From positions 10,699-74,698 of the forward strand of contig CAYGBN010000001.1 of NCBI GenBank assembly GCA_964348155.1: 64,000 bases of DNA, in the 5' to 3' direction. This stretch comes from an uncultured Methanomassiliicoccales archaeon (GTDB taxonomy: Archaea > Thermoplasmatota > Thermoplasmata > RBG-16-68-12 > JAJISG01). Each line of letters begins with the position of its first letter. Position 1 is the first letter of the stretch. The translations under genes were made by a program, and so were the position numbers. Under the pieces are notes generated by a model. The model was not told the DNA's origin, searched no databases, and saw only the letters and a list, made by a program, of their open reading frames with translations. Shown in pieces: positions 38,086 through 48,393 of the stretch.

Positions 38086-39093
38086 TCAGAGGGCGACTTC
38101 CAGCAGGTCGAATACGCGGTCGATGCGGTTCGCCACGGTCACCGTCGCCCCGCCCCCGAAGAGGAGGCCCACGAGCTCCACGCGCCCGTCCTCCTCGGCC
38201 ATGACGGCGCTCCCGGAGTCTCCGGGGGCGGAGAATTCCGCGTTGGAGATGATGAGCTGATCCTCGAAGGTCGCCGTCCGTCTCGGGCCGTAGCCGACGC
38301 GAATCGTGGCTCCCACGTGGGTGATGCGGCCTGTGGTGGTGGCGGTGGTCCGTCCTGACTTCCGGACCCCGAGTCCCACGGAGGGCTCCCGTACTCCCAC
38401 AGGGGGCCCAAGGTCGACGATGGCGGCGTCCACGTCTTCGTCCCGGTCGGGAAGGCCCACGGCCGCGTCCACGAGGTTGGGGCCCTCCGAGGAGAGGAGG
38501 GTCGCGAGGCGACTACGACGCCCTATAAGGCCGGCCATGGCGTGCAGGATGACGGCAAGAAGCCGTGCCAGCCAGCCCCATCCCCCCTCCCGGTCGAAGG
38601 CGATGGGCACGAAGCGGACCAGGCGAGCCAGGGCGTCCGCGGCCGTGCCGCCGTCGCTTGGGCCCGGCTGGAGGATGGCGTCGCCGGCGGCGCCCCGGTT
38701 GCTGTCCGCCAAGACGTGGTTGTTGGATAGGATGAGCCTTCGGTCCGCGCGATCCCGGACCACGCAGCCGAAAGTCCCGGCCGTGACCCGGAAGTGGCCG
38801 ATGGACATGCCCGGCGGGCAGGGGCGGAGCCTGTCGGTCCGCGCGTAGGCCACGATCTCCCCCGTCTCGATGACGTCCGTGCGAACGCCCTCCAGCTCCT
38901 TCGGGACCACCTCCTCCGCCTCCAGCTCCTCCTCCGGCACCTTCTTCGTGACGAAGACTGCGACGCAGAGTTCATCCGTCTCCTCCCCGCCCACGAGCTT
39001 CCTCCCGATGGCGACGCCCACCACGTTCTTTCGGCGGAGGAGGCCGTCTCTGTGCTTGCGGAGGGCCGCTTCACACTCCTCATGTTCGGGCAT
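38086..39093 (-). CDS. trypsin-like (S1/chymotrypsin fold) serine peptidase with N-terminal domain, no signal peptide
   Basis: A catalytic His context ILSNNHVLAD and a Ser context PGDSGSAV are present. The N-terminal ~100-aa domain has no recognised family. Confidence 0.6.
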   Translation of the reverse strand: MPEHEECEAALRKHRDGLLRRKNVVGVAIGRKLVGGEETDELCVAVFVTKKVPEEELEAEEVVPKELEGVRTDVIETGEIVAYARTDRLRPCPPGMSIGHFRVTAGTFGCVVRDRADRRLILSNNHVLADSNRGAAGDAILQPGPSDGGTAADALARLVRFVPIAFDREGGWGWLARLLAVILHAMAGLIGRRSRLATLLSSEGPNLVDAAVGLPDRDEDVDAAIVDLGPPVGVREPSVGLGVRKSGRTTATTTGRITHVGATIRVGYGPRRTATFEDQLIISNAEFSAPGDSGSAVMAEEDGRVELVGLLFGGGATVTVANRIDRVFDLLEVAL

Positions 39094-39188
39094 TTCGCAT
39101 CCCTTCCCTGCCGGTTCTCATCCTAGGCGTGTTCTCGTCTACGGCGCCGGGTCCCTATGAAGATACCGATGGATCCCGGGCTCACAGG

Positions 39189-39848
39189 CTACTCCCCCCG
39201 CACGCAGCGAAACCCCTGGTCGTCGCGGCGGAGGTCCGGGCGCGAGGACCCGCGACGTGCAACCCGGACCTCCTCCCTCCCTCCCCTCCAACCGCCGCCC
39301 CGGACGCATCGACGGCGCCCCGCCGCCGGGCCACGGGGGTTCCAGGTGGTCCCGTGGAGGTAGTACGCGGCCTCGTACCAGTCGGCACACCACTCCCACA
39401 CGTTGCCCACCATGTTCCCACACCCCACGGGACTCGCCCCACCGGGATGGCGGTCCACCGGGGTTGTCCGCCCCGGCCCGCCTTCCTCGCCGTTGCACCG
39501 CTCGGGCTCCCACGCCTCGCCCCACGGGTAGGTGCGGCCGTCCGTCCCGCGGGCGGCCCTCTCCCACTGGGCCTCGCTGGGCAGGCTCCCCCCGGCCCAC
39601 TCGGCGTAGCGTCGGGCTTCCTCGTGGGTCACGTTGACCACGGGGTGGTCGTCGCGCCATCCCCAGGGCGGCGCGGGAGGGGGGTCCCGCGGGGCCCGGC
39701 GGCAGTACGCGAGGAACTGAGCAACGGTCACGGGGTGGACGTAGACCCAGTACGCCTCGAGGTATACGCTGCGCTGAGGTCGCTCGTCGGACCGTCCCAC
39801 CCCCTGCGAGCTTCCCATAAGAAACTGGCCGGAGGGGACGTAGGCCAT
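39189..39848 (-). CDS. formylglycine-generating-enzyme (FGE-sulfatase) domain protein
   Basis: The FGE domain pattern reads SGQFLMGSS...VHPVTVAQFLAY...VNVTHEEARRYAEWAGGSLPSEAQWERAARG...GNVWEWCADWY. I chose the start at MAYVPSG. Confidence 0.7.
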   Translation of the reverse strand: MAYVPSGQFLMGSSQGVGRSDERPQRSVYLEAYWVYVHPVTVAQFLAYCRRAPRDPPPAPPWGWRDDHPVVNVTHEEARRYAEWAGGSLPSEAQWERAARGTDGRTYPWGEAWEPERCNGEEGGPGRTTPVDRHPGGASPVGCGNMVGNVWEWCADWYEAAYYLHGTTWNPRGPAAGRRRCVRGGGWRGGREEVRVARRGSSRPDLRRDDQGFRCVRGE

Positions 39849-39943
39849 GGCGGCCCCGTCCCTCTGGTTGTGGCGCTTGCGCGTCGCCAGGCCAACCCCT
39901 CTTCGGCGGGGGATGGTCTCGTGAAACAAGAAAATGACGCCGC

Positions 39944-42570
39944 CTAGGGGGCGTCCCGGAGGAGGTTTCGCAGGACGTAGTGAAGAATGCCACCCTGACG
40001 ATAGTATTCGACCTCCACGGGGGAGTCGATGCGCACCTCGACCCGAAAGGCCTTAGGGCCGCCGTCCCCCTCGGCGCGCACCGTGACCTCCTGGCCCGGC
40101 TGCAGAGCGTCACGGAGGCCTTCGACGTGGTACACCTCCTGTCCCGTCAAGCCCAGGGCCTCCACGCCCTCCCCCTCCCGAAACTGCAGCGGGAGGACGC
40201 CCATGCCGATGAGGTTACTGCGGTGGATGCGCTCGTAGCTCTTGGCGAGGACCGCCCTGACGCCGAGGAGTTGCGTGCCCTTGGCGGCCCAGTCCCGGGA
40301 GCTGCCGGAGCCATACTCCTTCCCCGCCAGAACCAGGAGGGGGGTCCCCTCCTTCTGGTAGCGCTGCGAGGCCTCGAAGATCGACATCTCCTCCCCGCTG
40401 GGGAGGTGGATTGTCACGCCCCCCTCCGTGCCCGGGACCAACAGGTTCCGTAGGCGGATGTTGCCGAAGGTGCCCCGGGTCATGACCCGGTCGTTCCCTC
40501 TGCGGCTTCCGAAGGAGTTGAAGTCCCTGGGTTGGACTCCCTGGGCCTTGAGGTATTCCCCGGCGGGACCGTCCTCCGGGATGGCGCCGGCAGGGGAGAT
40601 GTGGTCCGTGGTCACGGAGTCCCCCAGCCAAACGAGGACCCGGGCCCCATGGATCTCCTGGATGGAGGGAGGCTCGGGCGTGAGGTCCCGGAAGAAGGGC
40701 GGCTCCTTGATGTAGGTCGAGGTCGGGTCCCAGGGGTAGACAAGGGTGTCGGTGCCCTGGATGGCGTTCCATGTCTCGTTCCCCGTGAAGACGTCGGCGT
40801 AGCGCGAACGGAACTGCTCCGGCGTCACGGCCTGCTCGACCGCACCCTGCACTTCATCCTGGGAAGGCCAGATGTCACGAAGGTAGACGGGCTTCCCGTC
40901 CTTCCCCTCCCCCAGGGGCTCCGTCGCCAGGTCCTTCGCCGTCGATGCGGCGATCCCGTAGGCGACCACAAGGGGCGGCGAAGCCAGGTAGCTCGCCTTC
41001 ACCAGGGGATTGATGCGCCCCTCGAAGTTGCGATTTCCGCTGAGGACGGAGGAGGCCACCAGGTCCGCCCCCTCCACCGCCTCCGCCACCTCCTCCGGCA
41101 GCGGGCCGCTGTTCCCGATGCACGTGGTGCAGCCGTAGCCCACGAGGTAGAAGCCAAGCTCCTCGAGGTAGGGGAGGAGCCCCGCCTTCTCCAGGTAGTT
41201 GGTGACGACGCGGGAGCCCGGGGCCAGACTCGTCTTGACGTAGGGCGGGACGCGAAGACCCCGCTCCACCGCCTTTCGAGCCAATAGGCCCGCGGCCAGC
41301 ATGACGGAGGGGTTGGAGGTGTTCGTGCAGCTGGTAATGGCGGCGATGACCACGGCGCCATGGCCTAGCTCGTAGCGGCTCCCGTTGTAGGCCATGGTGG
41401 CCCTCCGCCCCAATGCCTCCTTCGGGAGTTCGAAGCCCTGTTGGGCGGCGGGAGCGAGCAACGACTGGCGGAAGGCAGCCTTCATTTTGGAGAGGGCCAC
41501 GCGGTCGTGGGGCCGCTTCGGACCTGCCAGGCTAGGCTCCACGGCCCCGAGGTCCAGGGAAAGGGTGTCGGTGAACTCCGGCATGGGAGCGTCCTCCGTG
41601 CGGAAGAGGCCCTGCGCCCGGGCGTACCGCTCCACCAACCGCACCTGGGCCTCCCCACGCCCCGTCAGCCGGAGGTACTCCAGGGTGCGCTCGTCGATGG
41701 GGAAGTAGCCGATGGTGGCTCCCTGCTCCGGCGACATGTTGCTGATGGTCGCGCGGTCGGGGACGCTCATGGTGGAGACGCCATCGCCGTAGAACTCCAC
41801 GAACTTCCCCACAACGCCCCTCTGCCGGAGCATCTGCGTGACCGTGAGGACCAGGTCCGTGGCCGTGGACCGATGCCACCGACGCCCCAGCCGACGACCC
41901 CCAGGCCGTTGATCATGGGGGTGTGGGAGTCCGTCCCAACCAAGCTGTCCGGCAGGGCCACGGAGCCCCCATCCACCTCCCGGCGAGCCACCACGAGGGC
42001 CAGGTACTCCAGGTTGACCTGGTGCACGATGCCCGTGGCCGGCGGGACGACCCGGAAGTGGCGGAAGGCGTTCCGCCCCCAGTGAAGGAACTCGTACCGC
42101 TCCCGATTGCGTCGGAACTCGAACTCCGCGTTGACCCGAAAGGCCTCGGGACTGCCGAAGCGGTCCACCTGGACGGAGTGGTCGATGACGAGGTCAACGG
42201 GTACCTGGGGCTGGATGAGGGCGGGGTCTCCTCTTAGGCGCTCCATGGCGGAGCGCATAGCGGCCAGGTCCACCAGGCTGGGGACGCCCGTGAAGTCCTG
42301 GAGGATGACCCGGGCGGGCTTGAAGGGGACTTCGTGGGAGGCGGGCTTGGTGGGGCCCCACGCCGCCAGGTGGGCCACATCCTCGGCCGTGACCTCGAAC
42401 CCGTCCTCGTTCCGCAGGAGCGACTCCAGGAGAACCCGAATGGAGTAGGGAAGGCGAGAGACCTCGCCCAGACCCTCCTCCTCGAGGCGGTCGAGGCGGT
42501 AAATGGTGGCGAGGCCGTCTCCCGTGTCGAACCGGTCTCGGGCCCCGAAGGAGTCGTGCAATCTCGCCAC
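39944..42570 (-). pseudogene. acnA: aconitate hydratase (AcnA type) interrupted by internal deletion/frameshift
   Basis: The N-terminal ORF (42570..41767) reads [10 protein letters not shown]...[22 protein letters not shown] and then runs into junk. The second ORF continues in another frame with [28 protein letters not shown]... About 30 residues of the conserved segment are missing, and only 2 nt remain at about 41870. Confidence 0.55.
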
Positions 42571-42650
42571 TCAGGAACGCCTCGCGGGTCCCCCCGCTGC
42601 CTGGGAGGACCCTGGTCCGTCTACTCGGCTGGTGGCTTAATAAGGTTCCG

Positions 42651-43346
42651 TCAGAGGCGAGCGAGCACCCGCAAGACGAGGCCGGGGACGTCACGGTAGG
42701 GCGTCCCGGGGGCGGCGCCCAGCTTCTCTCGGATCTCCACCCCCGCCACGGCGCACCAGGCGGCATTGGCGACGGCCGCTTTGGCCGCCAGGGCCCGGCG
42801 CTCCTGGGTGGTGTTCCAGTCCCACTCCCTGCCCAGCTCGACGGCCGCGTTCCAGAGGCGCTGGAAGTCCCTAGCGCGATCGATGCCCTTCTGCGCCAAG
42901 ACCTGGCTCAGCTCCTTGGCGAAGGTTTCGCCATCGATCCTGCCCCCCTCCCACTCCTCCACCAGGGGGAAGCATCCCGCGGCGCCGCAGAGGCCGATGC
43001 TCACGCTCTCCGCCACCTCCGCGGCGTTGGTGGCGGCCCCTTGGTACTCTCGTCGTCCCTGCATGTCCACGGCGGACGCGAGGCCGAAGGTGTGGTGCAG
43101 GAGCTCGAAGAGGGCCGGCGCCTGCTGGCGCCTCCACTCCTCCTCCCCCCACGCCTCCGTGAGCTTCTCGACGTTGCGGGAGAGGGCGCCCTCGGCCCCG
43201 AGGTGGGCATCCAGCTCCTCCGCCTCCTCCCGCAGGTTCGCCTCCAGCTGGTCGGGATCCCCCTTCCAGGCCGGCGCCCAGAGGAAGTCGTGGAGGGCCT
43301 TCACGTCCCGTCCCATCCTCTTCTCCAACGATGAGAAGTCCGACAT
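42651..43346 (-). CDS. hypothetical protein
   Basis: The 231-aa translation looks like a protein and has a Cys cluster (GLCGAAGCFP). No family was recognised. Confidence 0.45.
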   Translation of the reverse strand: MSDFSSLEKRMGRDVKALHDFLWAPAWKGDPDQLEANLREEAEELDAHLGAEGALSRNVEKLTEAWGEEEWRRQQAPALFELLHHTFGLASAVDMQGRREYQGAATNAAEVAESVSIGLCGAAGCFPLVEEWEGGRIDGETFAKELSQVLAQKGIDRARDFQRLWNAAVELGREWDWNTTQERRALAAKAAVANAAWCAVAGVEIREKLGAAPGTPYRDVPGLVLRVLARL

Positions 43347-43416
43347 CGCCCGCGCTAGGCTCGCCCCTCGGATAAATGTTGGGCGCCCTCGGACCCGCCA
43401 CCGGGGGGCGTCCTGG

Positions 43417-45378
43417 CTAGGCGGGCCGACGGTTCAACCAGGTCTCCAGGGCGTCGAAGGAGTGGGCTCGCCCGAGGAACCCCTCCACAAGCTCGTTGGC
43501 GGGGCGGCTGCTTCCCGGGTCCAGGACCAGCCGTCGGTACCGCACGGCCTCGGCCGGGTCCAGGAGGGAGTCCTGGGAGGCGAACCGACTGAACATGTCC
43601 TTCTGGATGGCCAGGGACCACATGTAGGTGTAGTAGATGGCGGAGTAGCCGTTCAGGTGGCCGAAGCCGCACTGGAAGTGGGTGTCCTCGAACCAGGGCA
43701 GCAGGTCGTACTTCTCGTGGACCTCCCTGGCAAAGGCGGTGGTGTCCAGCCCCTCGGGGTCGCGCGTGTAGTAGCCGAGGGAGAGGGCAGCCAGGGACAT
43801 CTGCCGTCGGGCGAAGAGGCCCCGGGCCACGGCGTCCGCCGCACGTAGCTTCTTCACCAACTCCCTGGGAATGGGCTCGCCCGTCTCGTGGTGGATGGCG
43901 AAGCGCCGGAGGACCTCTGGATCGCGGACCCACTCCTCCATCATCTGGGACGGGACCTCGATGAAGTCCCACTCCAGCTGGTCCATAGCGTTCTCAACCC
44001 ACCGGACGCGGCCGGAGAAGATGTTGTGGAGCAGGTGGCCAAACTCGTGGAAGAAGGTCTCCGCGTCGCTGTACTCCATGAGAGCCCCCTTGGATTTGCG
44101 GGGGTCGGGGAAGTTGCACATGAGGAGGCCCTGGGGCAACTGCGTCTCCCGCACCCCCCGGACGATGTTCGCCGAGGCCGCGTGGGTGAACTTCCCCTTC
44201 CGGGGGTGGAGGTCCAGGTAGATTCGGCCCATGCGCTCCTCCCCCTCGTAGACGTCGTAACAGTGCACCGACGAATGCCACACCGGCGCGTCCTCGACCC
44301 GGGTGTAGCGCACGCCGAAGAGGTCGCTGGTGAGGGTCAGAAGGCCGTCCAGCACCCGCTCGAAGGGGAAGTAGGCCCGGACGGCCTTGGCGTCGACCCC
44401 GTGGCGCTCCGACCGGACGACCTCCGGGTAGTACATGCGATCCCAGGGCTCCAGACGCTCGGCCTCTGCGTCGTCCTGCCGCTTCCGCTCCAGCAGCTCC
44501 CCGTAGTCCTCCTGCGCCCGCTCGCCCGCCACGTCGGCTACACGGTCGACAAAGGCCCTCGCGGCTCCGGCGCTGCCGATCATCTTGTCCTCCGTGACGT
44601 AGTCGGCGTACGTGGGGTAGTCCAGCGTCCGGGCCAGGTCGTGGCGGAGCTCCAGCAGCCGCCGGAGGACCTCCAAGTTCTGGGGGTGGCCCCGGTTGAG
44701 GTACTCCTTGTAGAGGCGACATCGCAGGTCCTCCCGCCGGGCGTACTTCAGGACGGGAAAGAGGTCGGGGTAGTTCGTGGTCAGGAAAACCTTGCCGTCC
44801 TCCTCCGGCGCGTGCGCCTCCACGAAGTCCTGGGGGAGCCCGTCCAGCTCCTCTGGCTCCACCCGGAGGGAGCGGACGTCCTCCCTGATGTTCCGTTCGA
44901 ACTCCTGCCCTACGGCGACGATGGCGTCCCGAAGCTCCCTGATCCGCCCTCGCGTGGCCTTGTCTCGGTCCACGCCTGCACGGCGGAAGTCCCGGAGGAT
45001 TTTGAAGACAGCGTAGCGCGTCTCTTCGTCCTCCCCCTCTACGTCGAGACCGGCGAAGGCCTCGTACAGATCACGGTTGAGGGCGAGTTCCGTCTGCAGG
45101 GCCTCGGCGGCCTGGTGGGCCCGCTCCCCCGCCTCACGCATGCCCTTCTCTGGGTGGAGGTTGGAGAGGTCATCCCCCTGGTCCGAGACCTCCGCCACCT
45201 CCCGTCGCAGCGCGTCGTAGGGTGCCAGGGTGTTCTCCAGGGTTCGGGGCCCGCCCTCCCCCAGGATCTCCGCGAAGAGTTCTCGGGCGCGGGCAAGCCC
45301 CTCCTCGGATTGACGGTCCACCTCGTCGGGGTCCGACGCGAGCAGAAGCCTCGGCGTGGTTATCGGCACGGCGGTCAT
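43417..45378 (-). CDS. M3-family oligoendopeptidase (thimet oligopeptidase/oligopeptidase A/Dcp type)
   Basis: The zinc-binding motif HEFGHLLH plus a downstream Glu is present. The length (653 aa) and overall helical composition are typical of M3A. Confidence 0.85.
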   Translation of the reverse strand: MTAVPITTPRLLLASDPDEVDRQSEEGLARARELFAEILGEGGPRTLENTLAPYDALRREVAEVSDQGDDLSNLHPEKGMREAGERAHQAAEALQTELALNRDLYEAFAGLDVEGEDEETRYAVFKILRDFRRAGVDRDKATRGRIRELRDAIVAVGQEFERNIREDVRSLRVEPEELDGLPQDFVEAHAPEEDGKVFLTTNYPDLFPVLKYARREDLRCRLYKEYLNRGHPQNLEVLRRLLELRHDLARTLDYPTYADYVTEDKMIGSAGAARAFVDRVADVAGERAQEDYGELLERKRQDDAEAERLEPWDRMYYPEVVRSERHGVDAKAVRAYFPFERVLDGLLTLTSDLFGVRYTRVEDAPVWHSSVHCYDVYEGEERMGRIYLDLHPRKGKFTHAASANIVRGVRETQLPQGLLMCNFPDPRKSKGALMEYSDAETFFHEFGHLLHNIFSGRVRWVENAMDQLEWDFIEVPSQMMEEWVRDPEVLRRFAIHHETGEPIPRELVKKLRAADAVARGLFARRQMSLAALSLGYYTRDPEGLDTTAFAREVHEKYDLLPWFEDTHFQCGFGHLNGYSAIYYTYMWSLAIQKDMFSRFASQDSLLDPAEAVRYRRLVLDPGSSRPANELVEGFLGRAHSFDALETWLNRRPA

Positions 45379-45508
45379 CCACGTCCCTCCCAGCTAGAAT
45401 CTGAAGGAGAAGAGGTCCTTCCGCAATCTAAGGCTTTCCCCGCCCAGCGGCCTGGGGGACCTGGGATGGCCACACGCCGGGCCTGCGCTGCCCGGGATGG
45501 ACTCTCCC

Positions 45509-45817
45509 TCAGACGGGAAGGCGACCGTGGAAGACCTTCGGCGGCGCCCGACGCGTCAGCTCCATCCACTTGGCTGGCAGGGGACGTCCACCCTCGTCTC
45601 GCCGGTAATAGTCCACTACCCGGGGAACCTGCAGGTCCCTCCCCCGCAGCTCCACGACAAGGGAGTTCCGGACCCGAGCCGCCCGGTCCGCCTCCTCCTC
45701 ATCCTGGAAGCGGGCCACAAAGGGGGTCTGGTCGAGCCACCAGAAGACCAGGAACAACCTCTCCTCCCCTCCCTTCGCACTGGACGAGGCGTCGAGTGGA
45801 GCGTGCGTCTGGGCCAT
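45509..45817 (-). CDS. hypothetical protein
   Basis: LFLVFWWLDQTPFVARFQDEEEADRAARVRNSLVVELRG... is more protein-like than the antisense. No motif was recognised. Confidence 0.3.
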   Translation of the reverse strand: MAQTHAPLDASSSAKGGEERLFLVFWWLDQTPFVARFQDEEEADRAARVRNSLVVELRGRDLQVPRVVDYYRRDEGGRPLPAKWMELTRRAPPKVFHGRLPV

Positions 45818-45917
45818 GGGTGGCCTCCCCCTTGTCCGGATATGAAGGTGCCGGGGTTATTCTCACGAACTAGAACGAGTCGAGTTCGCCATGGGTCCCA
45901 TGACCCGGGCCATGGGA

Positions 45918-45928
45918 GGGGGGGGGGG
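45918..45928. repeat. G11 homopolymer tract
   Basis: Eleven consecutive G were counted directly. The tract lies just upstream of, or in the 5' extension of, the EamA gene. Confidence 0.9.
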
Positions 45929-46004
45929 CGGGCCGGGGCCGCGGAGACGGCGCTCCGCTCTCCCACGGGACAAACCTTTTTCGCAGGGGGGGCGTCCGTG
46001 GGGC

Positions 46005-46946
46005 GTGGCGGCACGTACCTGGGCTGACACCGGCATCTACGTCCTCCTCGCTCTCGTCTGGGGGAGCACGTGGCTGGCCATCAAGATCGGGCTCGAGGGG
46101 GCCCCCCCTTTCCTTGCGGCCGCCATTCGATTCGCCATCGCCGCGGCGATCCTCGTTCCCCTCTCTCTTCTCCTGCGTGCGCCCTGGCCTCGCGGGCGGG
46201 TGGAGTGGGGCGTCGTGGCCTTCGTCGGCGTCGTCCTCTTCACCTTCGACTACGGCCTCATCTACTGGGCGGAGGCCAACGGGGTGGAGTCCGCCCTGGC
46301 CGCCGTCCTCTTCGCCACCATGCCCTTCCAGACGGCCCTCATGGCCCACGGCCTCATCCGCCAGGAGAAGCTGACCCCCCGCCGGTTGGCGGGCATCTCC
46401 TTGGGGTTCGGAGGCATCGTCCTCGTGTTCGGCGGTGAACTCGGGGGCGTGGGGTGGGCGAAGGCCCTCCCCATGGCGGCCGTTGTGGTGAGCGCCGCCT
46501 GCGCCTCCGCGGCCTCGGTAGCCATGAAGCGGTGGGGGAAGGAGGGGAGCCCCTACACGTGGAACGCCGCGGCCATGCTCATTGGGGCCACGGGCCTGTT
46601 CCTGCTCTCCCGTGGAGCGAGCGAACCCTTGGCGGCCCCGGGGTGGCCCGAAGGCATCCTCTCCATCCTCTACCTTGCCGTCTTCGGGACCGTGGTCGCC
46701 TTCGTTGGCTATCTACGCCTGCTGAAGACCGTCGCCGTGACCACCATGTCCTTCATCGCGTTCATCACGCCCATCGTGGCCCTCGTCCTGGGGTTCTTGG
46801 TGGCGGCAGAGTCGCTGGACCCCCTGGCGGGCGTTGGGGCGGCCATCACCCTGGCCGGCATCGCGGTGTACTCGTGGCGGCCGAGGGCTCCGGTGGGCGG
46901 CGTCGCCGAGGCCGCGCCCGCACCCTCCCCTACGGTGGAGAAATAG
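46005..46946 (+). CDS. EamA-family (DMT superfamily) transporter
   Basis: Two EamA repeats with 10 TM helices are present (YVLLALVWGSTWLAIKIG...). I chose a GTG start at 46005. The ATG at 45891 would add a Gly/Arg-rich, poly-G-encoded extension. Confidence 0.7.
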   Translation: MAARTWADTGIYVLLALVWGSTWLAIKIGLEGAPPFLAAAIRFAIAAAILVPLSLLLRAPWPRGRVEWGVVAFVGVVLFTFDYGLIYWAEANGVESALAAVLFATMPFQTALMAHGLIRQEKLTPRRLAGISLGFGGIVLVFGGELGGVGWAKALPMAAVVVSAACASAASVAMKRWGKEGSPYTWNAAAMLIGATGLFLLSRGASEPLAAPGWPEGILSILYLAVFGTVVAFVGYLRLLKTVAVTTMSFIAFITPIVALVLGFLVAAESLDPLAGVGAAITLAGIAVYSWRPRAPVGGVAEAAPAPSPTVEK

Positions 46947-46984
46947 GCAGACGCAGCCCCCTCACGTAGTCCGCCCAGGCCCCC

Positions 46985-47482
46985 TCAGAACGGCTTGAAC
47001 ATCATGAGCCACAGGATCACCGGGATGCCCACGAGTCCCAGCACGGCCGCCGCCATGGGCCGCGGGCCCGCCAGGATGGGCGCCAGGTCATCCGGTGAGG
47101 GGGGCTCCGTGGGTGCCTCTACGGGCTCACGGCTGGGCGTCGGCAACTTCAGGCCCAGCATCCGCCGGGCCTGGTTGTACGGGATGGCCACCAGGGGGGT
47201 CATGGCGAAGGTGATGACGAAGAAGAGGGCCAGGGAGGCCCAGATCCAGCCCCGCCCCCACCAGCTGCCCAGGAAGCCGAGGGCGATGCCCGTGGCGAGG
47301 AGGGTGAGGAGCGTAACACTGATCCCGCGGTAGGTCGTCCGGGAGAGGTCCAGCAGGGCCCCCACCCGCTGGACGTCCCGCTCCTTTCGCAGGCGGAAGA
47401 CGACAGCGGCGGAGGCGCCATGGGCCAGCATGAAGAAGAGCGCGGCCCCCACGTGCACGAAAACGATCCATCGGACGACCAT
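46985..47482 (-). CDS. hypothetical 4-TM membrane protein
   Basis: The start is MVVRWIVFVHVGAALFFMLAHG, followed by four hydrophobic helices. The upstream part of the 442-aa track ORF is Gly/Arg/Pro-rich junk. Confidence 0.5.
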   Translation of the reverse strand: MVVRWIVFVHVGAALFFMLAHGASAAVVFRLRKERDVQRVGALLDLSRTTYRGISVTLLTLLATGIALGFLGSWWGRGWIWASLALFFVITFAMTPLVAIPYNQARRMLGLKLPTPSREPVEAPTEPPSPDDLAPILAGPRPMAAAVLGLVGIPVILWLMMFKPF

Positions 47483-47550
47483 GTTTGGGCTCCCCCTGGG
47501 AAGGGGCCCGATGGAGCCCCCATGCATAAAAACCTGCCCCTCTCGGGGAG

Positions 47551-48378
47551 TCAGGGTTGCCTGGTGGGGTCCCAACTCGTGGACAGGGCCTCGTCTAGTC
47601 CGTCCAGCGTCTCCATGTGCTCTCGAGAGAGCTCGAACCCGAAGACGTCGGCGTTCTCGTGGATCCTCGCCGGATGGGAGGACTTGGGGATCTCGACGAA
47701 GCCGTGCTGAAGGCCCCAGCGGATGAGCACCTGGGCGGGGGTCTTCCCGCAGGCGGTGGCGACGGCCTCGACCCGTGCGTCCCCAAGCCTCCGGCCCTTG
47801 GTGAGGGGGCTGTACGCTTCCACCGCGATGTCGTTCTGGCGGCACAGCTCCACGGTCGCCCTGCGGGAACGGTAGCTGAAGGGGTGGAGCTCGATCTGGT
47901 TCACAGCAGGAACCACCTCCGCGTGCGCGAGGAGCTCCTCCATGTGGTGGACCATGTAGTTGGAGACGCCGATGGAGCGGACCTCCCCCTCCTCGTGGAG
48001 GGTCTCCAGGGCCCGCCAGGAGTCCTTCCGCCTCCCCTGGACGGGCCAGTGAATCAGGTACAGGTCCACCGGCCCGAGGCCCAGTCTCTCCTGGCTCCGT
48101 CGAAAGGCACGCAGGGCAGCCTCGTACCCGTGGTCGGAGTTCCAGAGCTTGGTCGTGACAACGACCTCGCCTCGTGGGACTCCCGACTCCCGGATGGCCT
48201 GGCCCAGGGAACGCTCGTTGCGGTAGTAGCTCGCCGAGTCGAAGAGGCGATACCCGTGCTGTAAGGCGAGCCGGACGGCGTCCCGGGCCTGCTTGCCCTC
48301 CCTTAGCCTCCACATGCCCAATCCCAGGACGGGCATCTCAGAACCGTCGTTCAGTCGGGTGGCGGGGTGTGGTGTCAT
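47551..48378 (-). CDS. aldo/keto reductase
   Basis: AKR motifs: LFDSASYYRNE, VVTTKLW, IHWP and IGVSNY. Length is 275 aa. Confidence 0.85.
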   Translation of the reverse strand: MTPHPATRLNDGSEMPVLGLGMWRLREGKQARDAVRLALQHGYRLFDSASYYRNERSLGQAIRESGVPRGEVVVTTKLWNSDHGYEAALRAFRRSQERLGLGPVDLYLIHWPVQGRRKDSWRALETLHEEGEVRSIGVSNYMVHHMEELLAHAEVVPAVNQIELHPFSYRSRRATVELCRQNDIAVEAYSPLTKGRRLGDARVEAVATACGKTPAQVLIRWGLQHGFVEIPKSSHPARIHENADVFGFELSREHMETLDGLDEALSTSWDPTRQP

Positions 48379-48393
48379 GTGGCGTCCCCAGGT

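Noticed and set aside
46985-48313. 442-aa minus-strand ORF
   Set aside because: Only the last 165 codons (four TM helices) look like a protein. The upstream two-thirds is Gly/Arg/Pro junk and overlaps the aldo-keto reductase gene region in another frame.
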